The notes beneath the pieces are model-generated. The model saw nothing but the letters and a program-made list of their open reading frames with translations. It made no database searches and was not told the origin of the DNA. Shown piece by piece: positions 52,022 through 60,075 of a stretch of DNA of 64,000 nucleotides. Where the stretch lies: positions 60,552-124,551 of the forward strand of contig CAXTYC010000007.1 in assembly GCA_964248365.1 (NCBI GenBank), read 5' to 3'. A program made the position numbers and the translations under genes. Position 1 is the stretch's first letter. Every line of letters begins with the position of its first letter. Source of the DNA: an uncultured Chroococcidiopsis sp. (lineage in GTDB: Bacteria; Cyanobacteriota; Cyanobacteriia; Cyanobacteriales; Chroococcidiopsidaceae).

Positions 52022-53782
52022 ATGAATCGACGCTCATTCTTCTCTTCCTTGGCAGCTGGTGTAGTTGTGCTGTTGTTAATTGGCATCAGTGGGTATTTCT
52101 GGATAGCCTCTCAAAGTCCGCTTACCCTGCTGCCAGGTGGTAGCAAGGCTAACCCGCAAGCGGCTATTTTCGTATCGAAACAAGCACCAGTGATGGTTTC
52201 CCTGCTGGTGAATCCAGACAAATTGGAGTCGTTGGGGCAACTGGCAACTCGTTTGGGAGAACGAAAGCGATCGCGTGAACAACTTAACCAGCTAAAAACA
52301 CGCTTGCTGGCTAATACAGGTTTAGATTATCGGCGTGACATCCAACCTTGGTTGGGAGAGGAAATTACCCTAGCTGTTACTGGGGAGGATCTTGACCGCG
52401 ACGAAACCAATGGTAAGCACTCAGGGTATTTGATGGCGCTGACTACTAAAGATCCAGTAAAAAGCCGCGAGTTTTTGCAGCTATTGTTTTCTAAACGAGC
52501 GATCGCAGGTAGAGAATTAGTTTCAGAGCAATACAAAGGTGTTAACCTGATCTCTGACAGTGGGATTGTAGGGACGATATCTGATACATCGGCAAAACCA
52601 CAGCCCTTAAAATCGATTGGACAAACTGAAAACTATCTAGCTGGTAGCGTAGTGGGCGATCGCTTTGTGCTGTTTGCCAATCATCCCAAGGTATTACGCG
52701 AAGCAATCAATAATGTCCAAGCACCCGATCTCAACTTAACCAGTTCTAGTCAATACCAACAAGCACTAACTTTGTTGCCCTCCCAGGGGATTGGTATAGC
52801 TTTCCTAAATCTTGCCAGCGTGAGTGAGTGGCTTGGCAAGCAATCACAAATGCTAACTTATACCAGCCAAATCATTGGCTTGGAATTGAACCGCCAGGGA
52901 TTACTGGCACAAACAACATTTATAGCAGCACCAGATAAGGATTTAGCTCCTCCCCTTTCAACCCTGTCTCAACCTGTGCAGGCATTACAGTACATCCCAG
53001 TTAATACAGGTTTGTCGATTTCCGGTTTTGATTTAAGCAACTCCAAAAAAACTGATTTGAACCAACTATGGACACAAATCACAGCAGTGTTATCTGGTTC
53101 AGGTAATGACGCAATTTCTAAATTAGTCACTCAACCCCTAGCAACACTGCAAACGAGCTGGGGTATAGACTTGGCAAAAGATATTTTCAGTTGGGTAAAA
53201 GGAGAATATGCCTTGGGAATGCTTCCCCATGCTGACACTTCCGCTCCCGATTGGATTTTTGTAGCAGAAAAATCGGAGGGAGCAGAACAAGGAATAGCCC
53301 ATCTCAATGCGATCGCTCAAACCAAAGGACTAAGTATGACACCCCTATCTGTGGGAGAGCAAAAAATTTCTGCTTGGACACAGCTAATAACCGCTCCTAC
53401 AAACGACAAGGATGTAGATCGATCATTGCTCACGCTCAAGGCGAAAGTTGAGGGTGTACAGGCGAGTGTAGGAAACTACCAAATTTTTACCACTTCGGTC
53501 GAGGCAATGGATGCAGCTTTAAAAGCAGCCAAAAATAGTTCTATAGTTGATGACGCACAATTTCAACCAATTGTCAAGGTGATTCCCAAACCAAATCAAG
53601 GTTATGTGTATCTCGATTGGCAGCAAAGTCGGGAGGTATTAGAGCGCCAAGTGCCGATTCTCAAACTGTTGGAAGTGGCTGGAAAACCATTTTTTGACCG
53701 TGTGCGATCGCTAACAATTAGTAGTTACGGCAGCGAAACCCACGTACTCAAAGGCAGCATCTTTTTCCAACTCAAACCCTAA
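52022..53782 (+). CDS. DUF3352-type exported protein
   Basis: N-terminal anchor; DIQPWLGEEITLA and DIFSWVKGEYALG repeats. Confidence 0.8.
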   Translation: MNRRSFFSSLAAGVVVLLLIGISGYFWIASQSPLTLLPGGSKANPQAAIFVSKQAPVMVSLLVNPDKLESLGQLATRLGERKRSREQLNQLKTRLLANTGLDYRRDIQPWLGEEITLAVTGEDLDRDETNGKHSGYLMALTTKDPVKSREFLQLLFSKRAIAGRELVSEQYKGVNLISDSGIVGTISDTSAKPQPLKSIGQTENYLAGSVVGDRFVLFANHPKVLREAINNVQAPDLNLTSSSQYQQALTLLPSQGIGIAFLNLASVSEWLGKQSQMLTYTSQIIGLELNRQGLLAQTTFIAAPDKDLAPPLSTLSQPVQALQYIPVNTGLSISGFDLSNSKKTDLNQLWTQITAVLSGSGNDAISKLVTQPLATLQTSWGIDLAKDIFSWVKGEYALGMLPHADTSAPDWIFVAEKSEGAEQGIAHLNAIAQTKGLSMTPLSVGEQKISAWTQLITAPTNDKDVDRSLLTLKAKVEGVQASVGNYQIFTTSVEAMDAALKAAKNSSIVDDAQFQPIVKVIPKPNQGYVYLDWQQSREVLERQVPILKLLEVAGKPFFDRVRSLTISSYGSETHVLKGSIFFQLKP

Positions 53783-54225
53783 CTAGGGGCTGGGGGCTAG
53801 GGGAGCAGGGGAGATAAGGAGATGGGGCGAAATCTCCCTATCACCTCACCATCCCATACCCTCATCCTCTTCTTCCTCTAGCCTCTAGCCCCGCGCTTCC
53901 TCTAGCCCCTCATTCCCCAAAGCACCAAGAAAGCACCAGCACTAATACAGCCAAAATTAACCAACTGGGTAGGCTCAAGTTTCTAACAAATTCTAGGGGA
54001 GTCAATACAAACACTTGAGTTAGGAGCGTAGCTGTAAATAATAGGAAGACAATCAAGATAAATGACGGCATATAAAACTAGGGGCGACTCTTGAGGGGTG
54101 ACTCTTGAGGGGGAATCAGGGGCGAGGGGGAGAGTGGGTGAGGGGGAGAATCATTAATTACCTTTCCCCTTTTCCCTTTACCCTTTACCCTTTACCCTTT
54201 ACCCTACTCCCTGCTCCCACTCTCC
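53783..54225. repeat. STRR-rich intergenic region
   Basis: GGGGCTA/TAGCCCC arms, (TTTACCC)4 and duplicated gactcttgagggg. Confidence 0.85.
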
Positions 54226-54317
54226 TGGCTCTGTGCAATTCTAAAATCTATAGTTAGATGTCACACGAAGGCTAAGATAGAAAATGTTTATATTCTGCCC
54301 AGTGTGGGTAACAACTC

Positions 54318-55109
54318 ATGCTATCTACCTTGCTTGCTGACTTCAAAATCATTTTTGAGCGTGATCCAGCTGCCCGCAACTGGCTAGAGGTACTATTTTT
54401 CTACCCTGGTTTGCAAGCAATTGTATTCCATCGGGTAGCGCATTCACTTTATAGACTGCGTATTCCTGTCATCCCCCGTTTAATCTCCTTTGTTGCTCGA
54501 TTTTTGACCGGAATTGAGATCCACCCTGGTGCAGCAATTGGACGAGGTTTTTTTATTGATCACGGGATGGGGGTTGTGATCGGTGAAACAGCGATCATTG
54601 GAGATAACGTTTTGCTTTACCAAGGTGTAACCCTTGGCGGTACTGGGAAAGAATGCGGTAAGCGTCATCCTACCGTAGGGAACAATGTGGTCGTTGGCGC
54701 TGGGGCAAAAGTACTGGGTAATATTGAGGTTGGTAGTAATGTCCGAATTGGTGCTGGTTCGGTAGTTTTAAGGAATGTTCCTTCTAATTGCACAGTTGTA
54801 GGTGTACCAGGTCGGATTATATATCGTTCTGGGGCGCGGGTTGACCCTCTCGAACACGGTAGTTTGCCTGATTCAGAAGCACAAGTGATTCGCGCTTTAG
54901 TTGATAGAATTGAGTCTCTCGAACAACAACTAGAAAAATTGCAGCAACAACAGCCTGTATATCAAGCTGCTTTGTTAGAGGCTAACTCTAAGTTGTCAAA
55001 TTCTAAGTCGTTAGAGGTTAGCTCACCAGAAGCTAAAACTCATGTTGTCACTAGCTGTCAACTTAGAGATAAGACGATTCAGGAATTTTTGGATGGAGCA
55101 GGAATTTGA
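54318..55109 (+). CDS. cysE: serine O-acetyltransferase
   Basis: [21 protein letters not shown] and [12 protein letters not shown] motifs. Confidence 0.97.
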   Translation: MLSTLLADFKIIFERDPAARNWLEVLFFYPGLQAIVFHRVAHSLYRLRIPVIPRLISFVARFLTGIEIHPGAAIGRGFFIDHGMGVVIGETAIIGDNVLLYQGVTLGGTGKECGKRHPTVGNNVVVGAGAKVLGNIEVGSNVRIGAGSVVLRNVPSNCTVVGVPGRIIYRSGARVDPLEHGSLPDSEAQVIRALVDRIESLEQQLEKLQQQQPVYQAALLEANSKLSNSKSLEVSSPEAKTHVVTSCQLRDKTIQEFLDGAGI

Positions 55110-55120
55110 ATTAGGAGTCA

Positions 55121-55184
55121 GTAGGGGCGGGTTTGCTTAGGATATTTGTGGTTAATCTAATATGTCAGTAAAACCCGTCCGTAC
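55121..55184. repeat. 64-bp REP-like palindromic element
   Basis: gtaggggcgggttt...aaacccgtccgtac; same family as 40521-40584. Confidence 0.85.
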
Positions 55185-55199
55185 CCACGTCCAAAATTG

Positions 55200-55569
55200 C
55201 TGGAGTCAGGAAAAAGTTATAGTAAGCATCTAGTAATTTACTGACTTCTTCGAGTTGAGACATTAACCGTAGATTGTCATTAGGCTTACCATATCTAAGA
55301 TCTTTTGACAATATTAGGTAATAGCGACTTTCTTCAAGTGAGCCTTATGCGATATTCATAAACCGAGCTTTATCAGCTTTAGTTTTTTTCTTAAAGCCTT
55401 CTGCTATATTTGCAGGAATTGAAACAGCAGAGCGCGAGGTTGAGAAGTCAAGCCATAAATTTCGGTTTTTGGAATCTCCTCACTCAAAAGGTAAGTAGAC
55501 AAAACAAATTGATGTGCCTTTTGCCAAACAATCAAATCTTGAAAACATTTAGCTGGTGCATCTGTTCAT
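55200..55569 (-). pseudogene. four-helix-bundle (23S rRNA IVP / Avd-like) pseudogene, absent from the ORF track
   Basis: Reverse strand reads APAKCFQDLIVWQKAHQFV..EIYGLTSQ / RSAVSIPANIAEGF..FMNIA*GSLEESRYYLILSKDL; frameshifts near 55560 and 55436, TAA at 55345-55347. Confidence 0.88.
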
Positions 55570-55632
55570 TCTGACTCCTCACCTCCTCACCTCCACAACT
55601 CCTCGCCTCCACAACTCCTCACCTCCGCTGTC

Positions 55633-56247
55633 CTAGGGATTCACCCCTCGAATAGACCAAATTTGATCTATATCACCCCATTTATAAATCGTGCGGTTTT
55701 GAGGTTCGCCGTGCAATTCTAAATGATCTACTTGTACTGGTTTTAGTAGCAGCAAGCAAAAATTTGCTAGAGGTTCGCACGCATTGGGTAGAGGTGGATC
55801 AAATGCAGCAGCATCGGCTCTAGGTTTACCTGGATCAGCCCAAGCGAATTGTAAACGTGTTGCATCACTAAGATCTTGCCAAGCGGTTTGACGCGCTTGC
55901 TGTAAAACTGCATCAGGATAATTGGATGTTACCAATGTCAAACAACCCGCCAGCCGGAATTGTTCACGAGATGAGGGAAAATACCAACAAGCTTCTGCCC
56001 AAGGTTGATGTTCAATTTGTTCAGGTTTTTGACTGCGAGAATCGATCGCAAACTTTAGCACGTCGGTGTCAGCAAGAAACCCCCGAAAAACAAGTGTACG
56101 ATTAGCAGGGCGATTATCTGCTCTCACAGTTGCTAGTTGTAAATAACGAGCATAAGCAAGGCTACGATTGAGATCAATGGCACGAGCAAGGGGCGATCGC
56201 CAGGGAGCTAAGGACATCGTTATAATAATTTGTCTTGATATTGACAT
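55633..56247 (-). CDS. pyridoxamine 5'-phosphate oxidase-like FMN-binding protein (start probably MSLAPW)
   Basis: YLQLATV..PANRTLVFRGF, DSRSQK, EACWYF..REQFR and VDHLEL motifs. Confidence 0.9.
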   Translation of the reverse strand: MSISRQIIITMSLAPWRSPLARAIDLNRSLAYARYLQLATVRADNRPANRTLVFRGFLADTDVLKFAIDSRSQKPEQIEHQPWAEACWYFPSSREQFRLAGCLTLVTSNYPDAVLQQARQTAWQDLSDATRLQFAWADPGKPRADAAAFDPPLPNACEPLANFCLLLLKPVQVDHLELHGEPQNRTIYKWGDIDQIWSIRGVNP

Positions 56248-56408
56248 CTTTCCAATACTCCCATAGCCCCCCTTGATTGTCCCCTTTTTAAAGGGAGACA
56301 GAGGAAGCTACGCTACGCGCCAATTAACTCGGTTGGGGGGTTACGAAAAAGTTACGAAAAAGAGTCAGCCGTACCAAAAATCTACTATTCCAGCCTTAGA
56401 TCTCTCAT

Positions 56409-56558
56409 GCATTTTGGTGCGCGACGTTTCGGGTAAGAGTACTCTTACAGATGCGCTCGCTTGGCTTTTTTGAGAATATTTGCAATAAGCCAGTATCCCA
56501 AGCCAAGCGGGTTCGGCGGCAAGAGTATTCTTCCCGCCGACACCGCGCACCAAAATGC
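56409..56558. repeat. long imperfect inverted repeat (arms about 59 bp)
   Basis: gcattttggtgcgcg..aagagtactctt..cgcttggctt (56409-56467) pairs with aagccaagcg..aagagtattctt..cgcgcaccaaaatgc (56500-56558). Confidence 0.85.
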
Positions 56559-56628
56559 CTAGTCTGACCAATTTTGAGCAGGTTTCATGCAAGGGCTTCT
56601 GGTATTGCAAGTATTTAACAAAATAGTA

Positions 56629-57330
56629 TTAATTTTTGTTTCGCAGTAATTTATATTGCCGCAGAAGATGGAAATTTTCTGGTGTTAGAAAATTGCGTAA
56701 TTCCGTTACCTCATTGAGAAGATTAATTTCTTGGTCACATTCTGCTTGTAAAATTTCCAAATAGCGATCGCGCTGTACTCCAGGTGGAGCATTCCTCATC
56801 ATATGAATTGCCATATTTACTTTGGCAACACTATTACGCAAATTCTCAGAAAAATTTTGGAATATTTCTTCTCTATTTTCTACAAATTGTTGTAAATTAT
56901 GAAGTTTTTTTTCTAGGTTTTTATATTTTTGCTGTTCAATAATATAATTACGCATCGTCGATAATTGCCTTTCTAATCGAGCCGTGACTGCTCCTAACAA
57001 GTCATCTCTAGTAAATGGCTTAGTGATATAGTCATCTGCACCTAATACCATACCTTGACGCAAATCTAAATTACTAGCTTTTGCTGTAATAAAGATAAAG
57101 GGAGTAACAGCAGTAGTTAGGTTTTTTCGCAACTGGCTTAGTACTTCATAACCATTCAGGATAGGCATCATAACGTCGCAAAGAATCAAATCGGGTGACT
57201 TGTCCTGCGCCAGTTGCACCCCAATTTCACCATCTTCTGCGCCAAATACATCGAATTTCTCAGCAATAAGTATTTCGCAAATGATTTCCCGAACAGTTAG
57301 CTCATCCTCAATTACCAAAATCTTTGTCAT
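56629..57330 (-). CDS. response regulator (receiver domain plus coiled-coil/HisKA-like output)
   Basis: ILVIEDE, PDLILCDVMMP, FITA and GADDYITKPF motifs. Confidence 0.92.
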   Translation of the reverse strand: MTKILVIEDELTVREIICEILIAEKFDVFGAEDGEIGVQLAQDKSPDLILCDVMMPILNGYEVLSQLRKNLTTAVTPFIFITAKASNLDLRQGMVLGADDYITKPFTRDDLLGAVTARLERQLSTMRNYIIEQQKYKNLEKKLHNLQQFVENREEIFQNFSENLRNSVAKVNMAIHMMRNAPPGVQRDRYLEILQAECDQEINLLNEVTELRNFLTPENFHLLRQYKLLRNKN

Positions 57331-57527
57331 TTGTCTATCTATACGATGCCATAAACACGTTTTACCCCACTGATTTGTCACTTTTTTTAGCCATGCTAAA
57401 GTTCATGCAAATCCTAGAGGACTGGTTGCAGTTCTAGTGTTCCCACTTCTACCTAAGAAATCATCAAAAAATTAAGCAGTATGCCACCCATGCCCACCAA
57501 ATTATTGATGGTGGGCGAAGCCCCGTA

Positions 57528-59345
57528 TTACACCACAGCGGAGGGATGGGTGGCATACCAATTACCAATTCTCCCAATTGTGACTGTGAATGTTGTCCCT
57601 ACACCCACTTGACTATCGACGGTAATGTCACCACCGTGTAAATCAACAGCCTTTTTCACAATTGCTAACCCCAGCCCAGTACCAGCAATGTTGCTAACGT
57701 TACTAGCGCGGTAAAATGACTCAAACAGGTGCTGTCGGTCTTCTTGGGGAATACCAATGCCTTGATCTTGAATCTGGAAACTTGCTGTCTCATCTTGACA
57801 AATTAGTGCAAACCGAACCGTGCTACCGACAGGAGAATACTTAATCGCATTTGAAAGCAAATTGCCCAGGATGTGCCGAATCAGCTGTTCATCCATATAA
57901 ACGTTGGTACACTTACATTGCTCGGTAAAGACAAACTTGTGTTTAGTACCAGGAATATGTTCTAACTCTGCCACCAAAGTGCGACACAATTGAACCAAAT
58001 CGAGTTTTTTAGGTTCAAATTTTAATTTTCCTGCTTCTGCTTTACCCAACAGCAGCACATCCTCTAATAGCTGGATCATATGTTGGACATTAGCTTGAAT
58101 GCGATTGAAGTAAAGCAGTTTTTTATTATCTGTCCATGTGTGGCTGTAGTGTCTAAGTAATTCAGTAGAACCTAGGATCGCTGTCAATGGAGTGCGAAAT
58201 TCATGGGAAGTCATAGTAATAAAGCGAGATTTGAGTTCACTCAGTTCTTTTTCTCGCTCTAGAGCCTGACAAAGTTCTTCTTGTGCCTGCTTGCGTCTGG
58301 TAATGTCACGGCAGACACAAATCATTCCTCCATTTTTGAGCCATGTCAGAGAAACTTCAGAGGCAAATGTAGTGCCGTCCTTTCTTTTGGCAGTTGTCTC
58401 ACCTTGCCAGTAACCCTTATGCAAAAGCTGGGGAAAGACATTCTGTTCAAACCATTTGATTTCGTCTTGAGAGTAAAGCTGTTGCCATGTGAGTCCCAAC
58501 AGTTCACTGGTATCCCCATATCCAAATATATGGATATGAGCGCTGTTGAGATAAATGTACTCACCATTTTGATTGAGAATAGCAATACCATCATTTGCCG
58601 CTTCGATCGCAGCTAGCTGCTGCTGCAAAGCAACATTTGCCAGATGGCGCGAGCCAATTTCTCGCTGCAATTGTTCATTAGCAGTCTTTAATTGGGTAGT
58701 TCGTTTCTCAACCTTGATTTCTAGCTCTTGATTTACCTTGCGTAATGCCGCCTCTGCTTTTTGGCGCTCTTGCCGTTCAGTTTCGAGTGCCAGAACCAGT
58801 TCTGCATTACGGTTTTGCAATTGAACTTTTTCGGCTTGGAGTTGGCTAACTTGTTGCTGCAATAGCGCCGCCCTGTTTTGTTCTATGGATACAGATGGTT
58901 GAATGTGGCGAATACTATTTGGCATCATCATCTCCAGCAGTTGAGTGCGATCGCTCAAAATCGGTAAATGGGATCTGTACTGATGAAATGCTTTCACTAC
59001 ACTAAAAATATCCTGCAACTGTGATTTTCTCAAGCTAATCAAATGCCGTAACATCGCATCGGTAACTTTGACTGCCTTAAAATTTAACCCCAGTACTAAC
59101 TCGCTCAAATCCTGCTGGGTTAACAACTCAATTAGCTGCATTCCCTCCATCACCAAAACACAACTAGCTATTACCTCATTCATCCAACTTGAGGTTAACG
59201 ATTGATGATAGCTAGGCAGCCAGCTACTAGCCTGTACCTGCCCGATCAGATTAGATATGTCTTCCAGGGAAGTATCAGGTGTAACGCGCAGCAGGTGAGG
59301 GTAAATAGCTGTTTCTATGGCTAAGGAAGACAGCGGGTTTTGCAT
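57528..59345 (-). CDS. sensor histidine kinase (degenerate CBS-like region, coiled coil, PAS, HisKA, HATPase)
   Basis: SHEFRTPL, NLLSNAIKY, DQGIG and GTGLGL motifs; PAS segment DGIAIL..YLN..RKDG. Confidence 0.95.
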   Translation of the reverse strand: MQNPLSSLAIETAIYPHLLRVTPDTSLEDISNLIGQVQASSWLPSYHQSLTSSWMNEVIASCVLVMEGMQLIELLTQQDLSELVLGLNFKAVKVTDAMLRHLISLRKSQLQDIFSVVKAFHQYRSHLPILSDRTQLLEMMMPNSIRHIQPSVSIEQNRAALLQQQVSQLQAEKVQLQNRNAELVLALETERQERQKAEAALRKVNQELEIKVEKRTTQLKTANEQLQREIGSRHLANVALQQQLAAIEAANDGIAILNQNGEYIYLNSAHIHIFGYGDTSELLGLTWQQLYSQDEIKWFEQNVFPQLLHKGYWQGETTAKRKDGTTFASEVSLTWLKNGGMICVCRDITRRKQAQEELCQALEREKELSELKSRFITMTSHEFRTPLTAILGSTELLRHYSHTWTDNKKLLYFNRIQANVQHMIQLLEDVLLLGKAEAGKLKFEPKKLDLVQLCRTLVAELEHIPGTKHKFVFTEQCKCTNVYMDEQLIRHILGNLLSNAIKYSPVGSTVRFALICQDETASFQIQDQGIGIPQEDRQHLFESFYRASNVSNIAGTGLGLAIVKKAVDLHGGDITVDSQVGVGTTFTVTIGRIGNWYATHPSAVV

Positions 59346-60075
59346 GAGAGGACATTATTTGTTGTATTGATAGTACGAGAATGATCCTGTGAAGTAGGTA
59401 GACACTAATAAATTGACTTACTCGGCTTAGATCCCCCTTCAATTCTCCGCTTTTAAGGGGTAGTCCTAATGTTCCCTCTCCTTACCAAGGAGGGGTAGGG
59501 AGAGGTTAGGGGGGAATACCGCTCATTCCCAGGTTGATGAGGACTTGGAATTTGATTTTTTTACTTCGACACAGATCTTGCATCTGCGTTTGTTGCCCCA
59601 CGAAGAGCCTCATTTAAATATGAGTCGAGCTACTTATTACTTTATTAACAGATATTTTTATATTACTTTTATATCTTAATAAATCCTGTTTTATTTTATT
59701 ACTTATAATTCACTGAAATAATGATTGAGGTAATTACTTAAGTACTACTTACGTAAACACTTAGATGCCAACTACTTAATTCTACGAATTTTTAAAAACA
59801 GTGTAAACACGAATATATATTCTTTTTTTTTTTATTATCTTAAAAAAGTGAACTTCACGGTTAACACCATAACAGTTCGTACTCACTTATAGCTTTTGCA
59901 GTTATTTATGCTGTAGCTGAATTTCACCGTAGCTGCAAAAGCTATTAGTTATAAATAGCTAGGTAATAGCAATTTATCTAAAACTATTTATGACTAGTTA
60001 CTAGAGTTTTATCTGTTAATAAATTATCAACTCCACCGTTCGCTTGCTACTAAGCTATCCAGGGATAGTGCCATT

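Noticed and set aside
55200..55569. Diversity-generating retroelement suggested by the Avd-like gene
   Set aside because: No reverse transcriptase and no template/variable repeat pair seen; the gene is a pseudogene
56340..56362. RpaB HLR1 site (gttacgaaaaa twice)
   Set aside because: The period is 11 nt rather than 10, and it lies among repeat remnants
56365..56610. 81-aa ORF, and the 66-aa ORF at 56273-56473
   Set aside because: Both are translations of palindromic repeat DNA with no protein motif
59346..60075. c-di-GMP riboswitch ahead of the DUF11 operon
   Set aside because: Conserved GEMM elements were not recognised by eye
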